A model generated the notes under the pieces. The model made no database searches and was not told the DNA's origin. It was given only the letters and a program-made list of their open reading frames with translations. Source: Camelus dromedarius (lineage: Eukaryota). From it: a stretch of 64,000 bases of DNA. The stretch spans positions 25,172,001 to 25,236,000 of the forward strand of contig NC_087449.1 of NCBI RefSeq assembly GCF_036321535.1, written 5' to 3'. This document shows, piece by piece, positions 26,341 through 37,900 of this stretch. The translations under genes and the position numbers were made by a program. Within the stretch, counting starts at the first letter, position 1. Each line of letters opens with the position of its first letter.

Positions 26341-27790
26341 GAGGTGATTAGGCAAGCTTCCTGACCCTGGCTGATCATTAAAAACGGGATGATTTAACAC
26401 CAGGCCTTGAAAAACGGGATGATTTTTTCTCGCAGCTGGCGCCTTCATTCCAAGAACGTAACCGGCATTTCTTTCTTTCTTCTCTTTCCCACCAAAGTTT
26501 CTGAGGTAGGGCCAAGCTCAATGAATGAAAAAGCCTATGGTAGGAAGAAGGTTTCAGCACCACCAGAATGAAGACACGATGGCAGAACCCCCAATAAAAG
26601 CCCCATGGCCCATGGTGACTGGCTTCTGGATTTGTCTGTTATTTTAGAATTCCAACTCAACAGCCATCCCTTACATTTTGTATATGTAAATCCAAACACT
26701 ATTCAGTATTGTAGAATAATTTGCATGTGAGAGCTTATTTAATTTGGGTACACATTTTTGAGTACCAGGAACTGGGAAGAAACAAACTAATTTAAACCTT
26801 CTAGAAAAACAGACAGTAGTAAACCTACTGCCTGAAAGCTAAGGGCTTGCCTTCCAGAATCAAGAATGGTGTGTGGTGTTATCCACTGACTTGGTGGAGT
26901 CGCAGCTCTGCTCCCAGGACTGGCACATGGATCCAGCTAAGCAAGCTGAGCCCAGACCCATCGTGCCCAAGCACTTTCCAATCCCTTGTAACCCTCCGCC
27001 AGCAAAAACCTGCCTCTACTCCTATTGAACTCGGTCCTTTCTGCTGGAAAAGCGTCTCATTGGTTTTTCAAGCCCAAGATGTCCAGCGCCCCTTGACGCG
27101 ACATGTGTGCCGCTGGGCCGCCTTGACCTTTCCAGCGTTTATTAGCATTCACCCCAGCCAGGCCTGCTGGTTTCCCCGACAAGTGGCAGGTTTGGAAAAG
27201 GTTACCAGTGTCCTCGCCTACAACTGCCTCGTCAGGCACACGAACAGTACAACAGACTCTGCTGTGACACTTTGAGCTGATCTGACTTCAGGCTTTTTGC
27301 TTTGGCTCTGTGAGATGGAACCAAGGCTAAACAGGAAGGCGTGGGGGGGCGGGGAGGGGGCGGTGTGCAAAGACACGGGAGGCCGCGAGAGGAATACGCA
27401 GTCTCGGCTTCGGGGACGAAGCCACTGCTCAAGAGAACGGGGCCCTCCCACAAACACCTCGATATTTCAATTTTTTTTTTCTTGTGAAATTTGGAGAAAT
27501 TAGATTGGGAGCGTGTGTGAGAGAGTGGACTTTCCATTTTCAGGATCTAATTTTTTAAGTGCTTCTCTAAGAAATTGGTATCTTGTCATTTTCAGACCCC
27601 ACTGGGCTGGCAGGCTTTTGGTGGGGCCAACTGACTCTCACCTGCCATCTCAGCAACTTGATTGGCAGGTTGGGGCCAATCCTGACCTCAGACAGCATTT
27701 TAAAAGCTCCAGCCAAGTACACTGCTGTCTATAAGGAAGCGTCAGTCTTTCAGGTCTCAACAACACGGCCCTTCGATTACTGATGTTGGG

Positions 27791-28275
27791 TGTTAGTGGA
27801 TAGAAGGATTCCCAAATTAGAAAGCCCACCAAAAGTGTGGGTCCTCACCTGCCAGTTGAGAAAGAATTCTCAGCAGAGGCAGAGAGACAAAGTGAAAGAC
27901 CGCTTTATTGCTCAAAAGAGGGAAGGGAAAGAAAGTGCTCAAGCTGGGAACTGTCAGCCTAGATGGCCGGACAAGGGAGCTCTACCTCGGGCTGCAGTCC
28001 TTTATTGGAGGCCTCTGCCATCATTAGCTTCATTCTGGTGCTGCAAAAAGTAATTACCTTCTTCTTATTATGGGCTCCTTCCTCCCTTGTAGCTTAGCCC
28101 TGGAACAGAAACTTTGGCAGGAAAGAGACAATGGAAGAGATGTTGGTTTATGCCCTTGGAATCAAGGGGCCAGCTGCAGGATAAGAGAAGCATCCTTTTT
28201 TTCAACAGCCTGGCACTTTCTTTCCCCTGTTGATGATCAGCCAGGGTCAGCAAGCCTGCTTAATCCCCTCTCTCA
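27791..28275 (-). mobile_element. ERV1 solo LTR (485 bp) nested in another LTR
   Basis: TG..CA termini, minus-strand AATAAA (ctttattg near 27903), flanked by ggg on both sides. Confidence 0.75.
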
Positions 28276-28808
28276 GGGAAGAGGAAACGTCCCCTTCTAC
28301 TCTTCTTGATTTCTTAGAGCTGGGCTCCGGATAAAACTGGCACAAGACAGAGTCACAGGAGAAATAGAAACAAATTTTAATTCATGCGCATGGAAGTCTA
28401 TAGAAATGAGACCTATGAAGTGGCCAACACAGGCAGCTTTTGTACTTTTTGACAAGGAAACAATAAATTTGTGAGGAATTGACAGGACAAAGAAACTTAG
28501 GCTTTGGGTGCGTAATTAGTGAAGAATATGAACAGAGCTTGGGCTTGAGGTGGTAAATTAAAGAGGTCACAAGGTGTGCTTATACAGGCTTCTCAGCTAC
28601 CATCTCTGATGACAAGGGAACACCCTTCCACCTGCAGCTGCAGGGAGTGCGCCTTTCACCTGAGAGATTCATTTCTTGATTCTCAGGGAGACACAGAAAG
28701 GTCGGAGTTGCCTTCTTGTATTGGCCGCTTCTCAAGCAGCTCCAATTCAAAGTAATCAATATACCATGGTGGCATATTTTGGGGTGGCTCACCCTGAACC
28801 CAAATACT
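28276..28808 (-). mobile_element. Host ERV1 LTR (MER4-group-like); left stub at 27784-27790
   Basis: tgttggg...gggaagaggaaacgtcccc...ttcaaagtaatcaatataccatggtggcatattttggggtggc, typical of MER4-group LTRs. Confidence 0.6.
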
Positions 28809-29869
28809 AAGCACTTGCCTCCAGCCTGGGGCTTAAAGAGAACGAAGGGGCCGTATGGTCTTAGGTCTTGGGCATCAGGTACATCTTCCTGGAGGAGGTG
28901 AGGCTGACGCTAATGGAAGGAATTTCCAGGGGACAACAAGCAGAACAGTTTTGTGGGAGTGCGAACAGCGTATAGACCAGGCAGAGGAGAAGGGAGCACA
29001 CAGCACATTCAGAGAACGGCCAGTCCAGAGGGGTTGGATGGAGAAGGGCAGTGAGGGGAGGGAGAAACCGGATAGTCTCTTTAAAATCTCTGTTGCCTTA
29101 CATTCCAAACTTGTCTCCTGAGCACATACAATTTTTTAAATTAAAATTTCCCTAATTAGAATATAAATTCTTGGATGGCAGAGAGTTTGACATATATCTT
29201 TCTTCTCAAAAGAGCCCTCTCCTAGTCTGGAGAGACCTGGTGCCAGGCAGCCATGCCCAAATTTGAAATTGTCGGAAGCATAAACTGATAATGATAAATG
29301 TCTCCAACGACCCATCAGCTTTCGGCCCCTGGTGTACCCGGGCTCTGCTTGGAACCTGGAGACTTCTGCTTCTAAGCCCCCGGCAGAGGAGAGGGGGGCT
29401 CTGGGGCTGGAGGGGCAGAGCCCTGGCCCCTCACCTGGGTAAGACAGTAAGGATCTTGCTTTTGAGAGGATCAGTTCTGGTATCAGCTGTTGCCTTGTTA
29501 ATTTTTTGATAATTTGCCAACAGAGTTCAGAGTTTTTCAAACAATGGACTTAGGGGGAGTCCATGTGGTCTCAGGGAAAAGTTGATTTTGTATTTTAATT
29601 TGGAGAAGATAAGAACAAAGCTTAATATAAAGATCTTCTGGGTCTTTGCTGGGTCAGTGTCAGAGCTGCTTCTGTCTTGAAGCAGGGGGAAGGAAGGCTG
29701 CCCCGCTGGTCTGAAGAGAGAAATGCTGTGGGAATTAGGTCTCCCAAGACAGGCAGATTCAAGAGAGCTTCTTCTGGAATGGGGCAGACCATCATCACTC
29801 TGTGAGCAACTATTACATTCCAGAAAAACAACATCATGGAAAGGGTTCTACTGATTTTTAAAAATTGTT

Positions 29870-30062
29870 TAAAAAATTATTTCTTATACTTTATTTTTAT
29901 GGAAGTATAGTTGACTTACAATGTTGTGTTAGTTTGTGGTGTACAGTATAGTGATTCAGTTATACACATACATATTTTTTAATATTCTTTATCATTATAG
30001 GTTATTACAAGTTATTGAATATAGTTCCCTGTGCTAAACTGTAGGACCTTGTTGTTTATCTA
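29870..30062 (-). mobile_element. L1 3' end fragment
   Basis: tttatttttatggaagtatagttgacttacaatgttgtgttagtt...ttattgaatatagttccctgtgct. Confidence 0.85.
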
Positions 30063-30429
30063 CCAAAATTGTGGATTTTCATAAGATCTCTAAGCTGCAG
30101 CCATACTAAAGGAACAGGAATTTGCAGCAAGAGTCAGATCCTATCTTCTCTGTTTTTTTTTTTCAGGCTGCCCTATCTGGAAGCCCTTCCTCCTGTCTCA
30201 CTGCAGCTAACTCCTAGGATCCTTGAAGTCTTGGTGTGGACATCGCCTCCTTCAAGTTTCTCTGACTCCCCAGACTGTGCAAATTTGCAGGGAGCAATTA
30301 ACTTCTGAGAATAGATGCAAAAAATTTATTGACCTGCAAGTACCTTCTATCTTCATATGCCGCCTGTAAAACAAGGGCACCATGTGGGTGGGGATTTAGT
30401 CCCCAGGATGTTTATATTTCTTTAAAAAT

Positions 30430-31050
30430 CTGGAGGGAGTTGGGAATATAAAATGGTGCAGCTGCTATGTAAAGCAGTATCAAGCTTCCTGAAAAAATTG
30501 AAAAGCAGAATTACTGTATGGTCCAGCAATCCTGCTTCTAGGTAGACAGCCAAAGGAATTCGTAAGAGTATCTCAAAGAGACATTTACACACCAGTGTTC
30601 ACTGAAGCATTATTCACAAAAGCCAAGAGGTATAAATAACCCAAATGTCCATTAAATAAGTGTCTATACTAAAGATTATGTGGTATATACATTCAGTGGA
30701 ATATAATGCAGCCTTTAAAAGGGAGATCCTGTCATATGCTACAATATGAATGAACTTCAAGGATAATATAAGTGAAATAAGCCAGTTACCAAAGGGGAAA
30801 TACTGATGATTCCACTCATATGAGCAATCTAAAGTAGTCCAGTCATAGAAACAGAAAGTAGAAAGGTGGGGGAGGGGAACTTAATGGGCATTGAGTTTTA
30901 ATTTTGCAAGATGAAAAGTTCTAGAGATCTGTTGGAAAGCAAAATGAATATATTTAACAATAGCTAACTGTACACTTTAAAATGTTTAAGCTGGTAAATT
31001 TAATGTTACGTAATTGTAACCACAATTAAAAATAAGATAAAATAAAATTT
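30430..31050 (+). mobile_element. L1M (L1MA/MB-type) 3' fragment
   Basis: cagcaatcctgcttctaggta...attattcacaaaagccaagagg...agccagttaccaaaggggaaatactgatgattccactcatatgag. Confidence 0.8.
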
Positions 31051-32047
31051 TAAACCCTGGAGGCAAAATGCTAAAATACAAAAAGCGTAAGTTTGAAAAA
31101 GATATATGTAGATGACTCATTGGAACTTCACATTATTCATATTGCTATGGACTTCTATAAATGTGAGCAATTAGATAATCTGTAGGACTCTTCATTTCCT
31201 CATCTATAGAACGGGGGCTAGCAGCACAGCAGGTCTCAGTGATGATAAAGGAGAGTCGGTGTGTATGAGATGCACCCTCGTGTCTAACACATAGCACAGG
31301 TTTGGCTGTCCTCACTCTCCCCGCTCCCTGGTCCTTACCCAGCAACCCATGTGCTTAGCTGATGCCCATGAAGAAACAAGCCAAGACTGGTTCCCCAAAC
31401 AGTATGACATACTATAGCATTTAAAGTCATGCCTTTTATTTTATAAGCTCAGTTAAAAAAAATTATAAACAGGGAAAGGGACATTTTCCTTTCCTTTTAT
31501 CAACTCTCCAACAATGGAACCATTTGTATAATTTTTTTTAAGAGTATTATTGTAATTAAACTAACAGCCTTCTGGGTCATAAATGTAACAGTCACTCTGA
31601 GTCTACACACACTCACCACACACAAAAACAGATACATAAAGGGACCTTCAGTTTGCCTGAATGGTTCAAGCCCATGAGATGGAGTGGAGCTGGGCTGTGG
31701 GCAGCCTGGACCTGACGTGGCAGGCCTCTCCCCAAGGTGGCGCAGCTAGGAAATATTTGGGTGGTTCTTTTGTTCATAATACTAGACTCACTGAACAAAT
31801 TGGCAATACTCAGCAGAATTAAGCATAAGCTTACTCTAGGGGCTGAAGAGGGGCTCACACCCAGGTCCCTAAAGGGAAAGGGGTGAGGATGTTCACAGGC
31901 AGCATAGTTTGCAGTGACGCGAAGTTAGAGGCAGCTTGGCGTCCACTGCCAGACAAACTGATAAATAAAATATAGTAGAAACATATGGTGAAATTCAAGT
32001 TAGAAACAATGACTTTTATGTGCATAGCAACCTATGTAGATCTTTTT

Positions 32048-33496
32048 AAAAGTATGTGAATATATCCCTGTCCAGTCAGGGGACTTTATCTTACTAAAAA
32101 CTTGGAAGGAGGGGTCCCCTGAAGACCAGCTACAACCAAAATGGAAGGGGCCATATCAGGTACTCCGGAGCACCCCAACTGCTGTTAAGCTACGAGGGAT
32201 TGCTAGCTGGGTACATCTGTCCAGAATAAAACCTGTAACTTGTAAGTCCCAACAGGAACCAGGAGAGACCTATGCTTGTGAGGCAATACAAGACCTGTTT
32301 AAGAAAAACAAATGATATCATGTAGCGGTAATTAAAACAGTTCATAGTTGCTTGAATATATCCAATTAAAGCTCCTAAAATATATATATTTCAATACACA
32401 GTAGAAAAGTAAAAGTTTCATGTTTAATCAGGATTTTAAGTATTTAACAAGTTCTCAAGGTTCTTAGTAGCTCCAGCTGACTTTGAGATGCCTTAAAGGA
32501 AACCTGGGGCATCTTAGATATTAAGTTAACTAGAATTCTTTAATATGTTAAGTTAAATGTAATCAATAATGACTTTAATAACTGTAAAGAAATCTCTATC
32601 AAATGCAGGTATTTAACCATGTCTTTTAAGTCTTCTGTCTTTATAGAGAGTTAAACTGCTGTTACAAAGGTGCTCCATCATCAAGAAGATTTGTAAGAAA
32701 ATTATGAAGGTGGTTACAACGGTTCCACATCAAGATAATGGCTCTGTGAGGATTCCAGCCCCTACTGCACTTGGATGCAAAAACAAAAGGCTGTCCTGCC
32801 CCTGGGGCCACTAGATTAGGCATTCAGAGGTTTTTACTCCTTGCTAGGCAGGGTCAGCGCCCCCACTCAGCCCGGAAGTAGTTTCAGAAGATGGACCTTG
32901 GCCCCTCTGCAACCCCATAAGATTATGGGAGTAAAATCTCTGAGGGGGGAATGAGACAGGAGGGAAGAGGGCAGGCCACAGCCACTCAAGGAATGACAGC
33001 AATTTAACACCAAAATGGTGGAAGACTCACCTCCCAGTTGGCCTTAAGGATTAAGAGGTTTGACTTCTAGCAGACCTTGAGCTTCATTATGTGCTCATTG
33101 TAACAGCGTGATCAATAACATGCCCGCAGGCGCCATGACAGCCCCAAGGCTAACCGCAAAAGGCCAAAGCCCTGGGAATCCCAGCCCCTTCCCCAGGGCA
33201 GTTGGGTTGATCCCACCTGTAGGCGTGTGAAGCTACCGAGACCATAAAAAGTGACAACCCCACGCCTAGTGAGACCATAAAAAGTGACAACCCCACGCCT
33301 AGTGGCCGTTTGCTCTCTCTTCCCTTTGGAGACGGCCAGCACTCTGTCTGTGGAGTGTGTACCTACTTTTACTTTAACCTGAGCACCCAGTTCCCACAGC
33401 TCTTTCCTTGCCTCTCTTGCCTTACACTGTATGCAGTATGTATATCTCTAAATAAATCTACCTTCACTCAAAAAAAAAAAAAAGTATGTGAGTATA
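32048..33496 (+). mobile_element. Processed (L1-retroposed) ERV1 copy: pol/integrase C-terminus, env-less spacer, PPT, U3-R, poly(A), with 17-bp TSD
   Basis: TSD AAAAGTATGTGA(A/G)TATA at 32048-32064 and 33480-33496. Open frame 32067-32315 reads PVQSGDFILLKTWKEGSPEDQLQPKWKGPYQVLRSTPTAVKLRGIASWVHLSRIKP. PPT ~32942-32951, LTR start TG at 32952, AATAAA 33451-33456, A-run from 33470. Confidence 0.88.
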
Positions 33497-34057
33497 AATA
33501 GTAAGAAAATAAGGTCTAAAGTGTAATTCATTTACATAAACTAAGAACACAATCATCCACATAATGACATATTTTAGAAGAAACATGTATCCAAGGACTT
33601 ACATGATACTTTAAATGGAAGTGGATGAACACTGGGGATGGGGAGTCTGAGTGAGGACAGAGGATAAAAGGGAAAATCAAGAGATGGATCTTGTACAGAC
33701 TTGATGATAGAGGAGCAGGGACTGAAGGATGTTATCAACTCTGTTTACCTTTTACAGTAGAAATTCCTACCCTCTCCCCCAGCCTTGGGAAAAACCAACT
33801 TAATTACTATCTCAAGTAAATCCCATAGGACAGGGAGTCTTGAGTTTGTATGACTGTGTCACTGTAAGCATCCATGATGGGGGGTGCAGCAGAAGAGCAG
33901 GCTTGTCTCTCAATCTGGCCACTGTAAATAAATCAGTGTCAGTAGAATCCTGTGGCTTGACCTCCTCCCATCCTTCACCACTCATATCTATGCAGGAACG
34001 GGTTATTGGTCTAGGGAACAGCACTAGCTTGGGAGCTGGATAGGGTTCAAGACCACT

Positions 34058-34365
34058 ATATTACGTTTCCTAGGGCTGCCGTAACAAAGCACCACAAACT
34101 AGGTGGCCTAAAACAACAAAAGCAGATTCTCTCGCAATTCTGGAGGGTAGAAGTCAGAGTACCAGCAGGGTCATGCTCCCTCCAAAGGACCAGGGAAGAA
34201 CCCTTCCTTCTCCTCTAGCTTCTGGTGGTTGCTGGGAATACGTGGTCTTCTTTGGCATGCATCACTCCAACCTCTGCCTTGATTTCACATGGCCTCCCCC
34301 GCCGTGTGTGTGTGTCCTGTTCTCCTTTCTTATAAAGACACCAGGCATTGGATTAGAGGGCATTT
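34058..34365 (-). mobile_element. MLT1C-like MaLR LTR fragment
   Basis: tattacgtttcctagggctgccgtaacaaagcaccacaaactaggtggcctaaaacaac. Confidence 0.8.
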
Positions 34366-34609
34366 CACAGAAGATAAGCCGTCCTGCAGGAGGAACCTCA
34401 AATGCACAGTGCCAAGTGAAAGGAGCCAGTCTGCCAAGGCTACAAGGCTCCTTTTTACATACTGTATGGTTCCAGCTGCATGCCATTCTGGAGAAGGCAA
34501 AACTATGGAGACAGTAAAAAGATCAGCCCTTCACACGGACTCGATGGAGAGGAATGAACAGGCAGAGCACCGAGGGTTTTTAGGACAGTGAAACTATTCT
34601 GTGTGATAC

Positions 34610-35217
34610 AATGATGGATTTGGCTCAACTGATGCACAGCTAAGTCAACCTGCTGACGCTGGGTTGTGGTGAAGGAAAGTACAATGTTTATTTGGAAAGG
34701 GCCAAGCAAGGAGAATGGACAACTAATGCTTAAAGGATCTGATGGCTTTCAGGCAAGGATTTTTAAAAACTAACATTAAGGGTAAGGGTCTTAAGCATGT
34801 GATTAGCTTGTGGATTCTTCTGATTGGTTGGTGCTAAGCAACAAAGTGATATTTCTGGCATCTTGGTCATCCCTCTTCTGGCTCCAACTTGTCTGGGTCT
34901 CCTCGGCTGTGGTCAGCAGGTTTCATCATGGGGTCCTGGTTTCTGTAAAACAACTCAATGATATGTGTCCGATTGTTATCTCTATCCCTTGAGGAGGCAC
35001 TCAGAGTCCTGGGACTGGTTTTTGGCTGAACTTTTCTTGCTTGATTGCTTTTCCTTAGTTTCTGCATTTTTTCACTTCTCTAATCATTACCTATGTAAGT
35101 TTGCTCTTTAGAATCCTGGGAAGGCCTAGGGGAATAAAGCTTTTTCTACAAAGCAAAAGTAGGGGACACAGAGGGGACAGTACCCAGGAAGGTCCTACAG
35201 GGTCCTGCTGGGTTTCA
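34610..35217 (-). mobile_element. ERV1 3' LTR (MER41-like cetartiodactyl family)
   Basis: Minus strand starts TGAAACCCAGCAGGACCC at 35217, directly preceded by PPT GAAAAGGGGGAAC (35218-35230). Poly(A) signal appears as tttatt near 34686. Confidence 0.75.
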
Positions 35218-35429
35218 GTTCCCCCTTTTCTTTGATGCTTCTCAGTCCTGAGTGGAAGGGGGTGACGACCCACTCTGGCTACTTCCAGCTGAACAGGGGT
35301 GACATTAATTCTTCGGGATTAGAGGAGAGAAAATCTTGGACCTTCTTTTCGAAGAATTCTCGAGTCCCAGGCCTAACATCAGCCTTTTATTATGAAAACA
35401 TTATCTCCCTCTTTGGTTGCCTTGTCACA

Positions 35430-36200
35430 GCACTTGGGTAAATATTTGAAAATTAATAAACACATTGCGAAGAGGATGACGAGCAAAATGGAGCCTTGTA
35501 ACAATACCCAAGAACCCCCCTAGTCCAGACGGCAGCCTGTAAATAAGTCGCGGTGCGTATCCTCTTTACGTACATCCTGTAACCAGGCAGCCTTTTGAAT
35601 GATTCTATTTACTCGGTTTCAACTCCTCCTGAGGTAGTGAGATGTGTGCAGCACGTGGTATGAGCCACTGCACACTCTCCTCCTCATTTTGCAGCTAAGA
35701 AGTCAAGGGCTATTCTATTATCGAGGACCACTCGAGCCAGTGAGTCCAGAGGTTTTTGACGGGCTGCAATACTTATAGCTGTGTCCTTGGCAATTTGTCC
35801 AGTTGTGGCAGATGGGTTATGAATCATATGTCTATTGACTTCCACTCTGGCACTTGGTGTGAGGTTGCTAACAATGCTTTGTCCTATACTGCCCTCATAC
35901 CCTGCCAATATCTCTCTTTTAGGGTGGGGGTTTGCTCTAGAGAGGGAAACCATGTTCTCCGGGCTGTGCATGGAAAGAGGGTCCTAAAATATCCCAGTAG
36001 GCATGACCCTTCCATTTTCCAGCTGTCTAAGCAGCAACATGCCCATCCTTGAGTTGGTGAGTCACTTCCTATGCCAGAAACAAAGATACATCCCAGAGGG
36101 GCACAAGTTACACCTCCCAGGGTAGTGCCATTGACTCTTTCATTTTGGGGGATCTGAGAGATTATGTTATCAAGCTACGGCGAGAACCTTTGCAAGCCTT
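35430..36200 (-). pseudogene. Degenerate class I ERV env (SU C-terminus + TM)
   Basis: CAPLGCIFV...GWACCCL...GSCLLGY, then a frameshift near 35980, HPKR furin-like site, ISD SLARVVLDNRIALDFLAAK, in-frame TGA at 35684-35686, CAVAHTTCC (CX6CC), then a frameshifted hydrophobic anchor LLQGSILLVILFAMCLLIFKY. Confidence 0.88.
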
Positions 36201-36489
36201 CCACAGTCTGTTTACATGATATCCAATGTGCTTGGCTCTGTGGCATAAATCAGTGTCATTTTTTAGCCCTTACACATTGTCAGTTGTGCATTTCAGGGGA
36301 TTTGGGGCATCACACTTTCTCATGAGAAATGTGAGGGACTTTGAGGGGACCAGTAGTAACTTTTCTTGCAGTGGAAATCCCCTCAGACAAGTTGAAGCAA
36401 AGGGTTAGGGTATTCTGAGGTCCTTCGGTTATCTGAACTTAGAATGACACCAAGTTGTGGGGAAGGGTGACAGTGGTAATTTGCAGGGA

Positions 36490-36646
36490 GTCAAGCAAGG
36501 AGTTCGGGTCCCTTGAGCACTAGCTGCCTATGCCCCTTGCTGGGTGCCCTGCAAATAGTGCTGTACTTCGCTTCACCACAGCCCAGTGCCTGTAGATTGG
36601 CTTTGCTGCGCGTCAGGTGAGTGAACTGGAGCTCGGATCAGTAACA
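36490..36646 (+). mobile_element. Partial LTR (R-U5), same MER41-like family, opposite orientation to the env provirus
   Basis: gagcactagctgcc...cttcaccacagcccag...cagtaaca, homologous to the 41345-41838 LTR and to the reverse complement of ~34625-34720. Confidence 0.7.
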
Positions 36647-36659
36647 AGACTGCTCTGTA

Positions 36660-37900
36660 CGTATATGTCCTACAAAAATACTATTAAAGCAAAACACCAA
36701 GGAAAACTGAAAATATGGGCAAAATTACACAGATAAATGCAGACGAAATTAAAGCACAAAGAAGTCACTACTGGACAATAAAGCATAATTCAAGTTAAAA
36801 CTATGAAATGAAACAAAGTTTTTCAGTTATGGTAATCCACAAACATTTGGGTCTTTGTGCCCCAAACAACATGGCTAAATCAACACCAAGAAAAGCAGAG
36901 GCAAAAGGTTGAGATAAAAGGAGAAATTTAAAAGAAAATTGTAAAAAAATAAAATTAAAAGCCAAGTAAGAATTTTCCTTAAAGAAAAAAAATGACAACT
37001 TGCCAAGTAAGCATGCAAAAGGACCCAGTGTGAGGATTTAAAAGATAATTTGCAACTGTGTGGTAGGAAAGAAAAAAGCGAGATGAAGTAAATGATATTT
37101 TAGCAAAACTTTAAAATAAATATTGATTCAAAAAATAAAAACAAACAAAAATCCTCATTGGATAGATATAAAGGAAAATCAATAAAATGTTCAACGTTTA
37201 AAAAACAGTTCCATGTCCAGAACTTTTCATTTAACGATATAGAATAGACAATTTTCATTAAATAGTTCTGAGCTGCAAAAAAGCTAAAACAGAGAAGTAC
37301 TTCACAGAAGAAAGAATAACAAATACTAAACCACCACAAAATCATTAATGTTTCTATATTAAAAGTTTATATAAATTGATAAACTAAAATTTTAAAAAAA
37401 CAGGAATTGCAAAGCAATAAATACTAAATATGAAAAGTTGCCCAAGTCCAGAAATTGGCACTATAATTGAAAAAATAGCATTGCTTTTATCTATCTGTAG
37501 CGGGAATAGTTATAACTTTCCAGGAACGTGGAAAACCTATTAAAATGAGAAATAATGCATAGACTCCCCTTGAGAATCTAGACCAGGAGTAAAACCGCCT
37601 GTACTTAAGAATACACGAACAGAAGCTTTAGTATTGAGCTTTTTGAGACAAAACCCCAGAAAACAATGCCTTTTAATAAAGGAAGGATTGAGCCATAAAA
37701 GCTCTATGTCCACCGTGGAATCAGAGACACTGGTCAGGGATGTCGTTGGCACATTAGAGGGAAAAACAAGCTGCAGATAATGTAGATAGCACAATCCCAT
37801 TTTTGTAAATACACACAAAACCACAGAAGTGAGAATGGAGAGAAAACAGATGAAAATATGCTCAATTTTGTTAGCAGGGGGATGTTTACAAAACTAGCTC
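36660..37900 (+). mobile_element. Old L1M/L1ME fragments
   Basis: Very A-rich degenerate ORF2-like and 3' L1ME motifs (atagcacaatcccatttttgtaaa). Confidence 0.55.

Noticed and set aside
29136-29540. 134-aa minus-strand ORF ending ...EKKDICQTLCHPRIYIL, superficially like the L1TD1/L1 ORF1 CTD
   Set aside because: The similarity is limited to a few residues. The flanking RLTADLS/W motifs are absent and the nucleotide context looks like L2/ERV debris.
33238-33303. CRISPR-like or other prokaryotic repeat array
   Set aside because: Only two adjacent units with no spacer, inside a mammalian LTR. The window is eukaryotic throughout.
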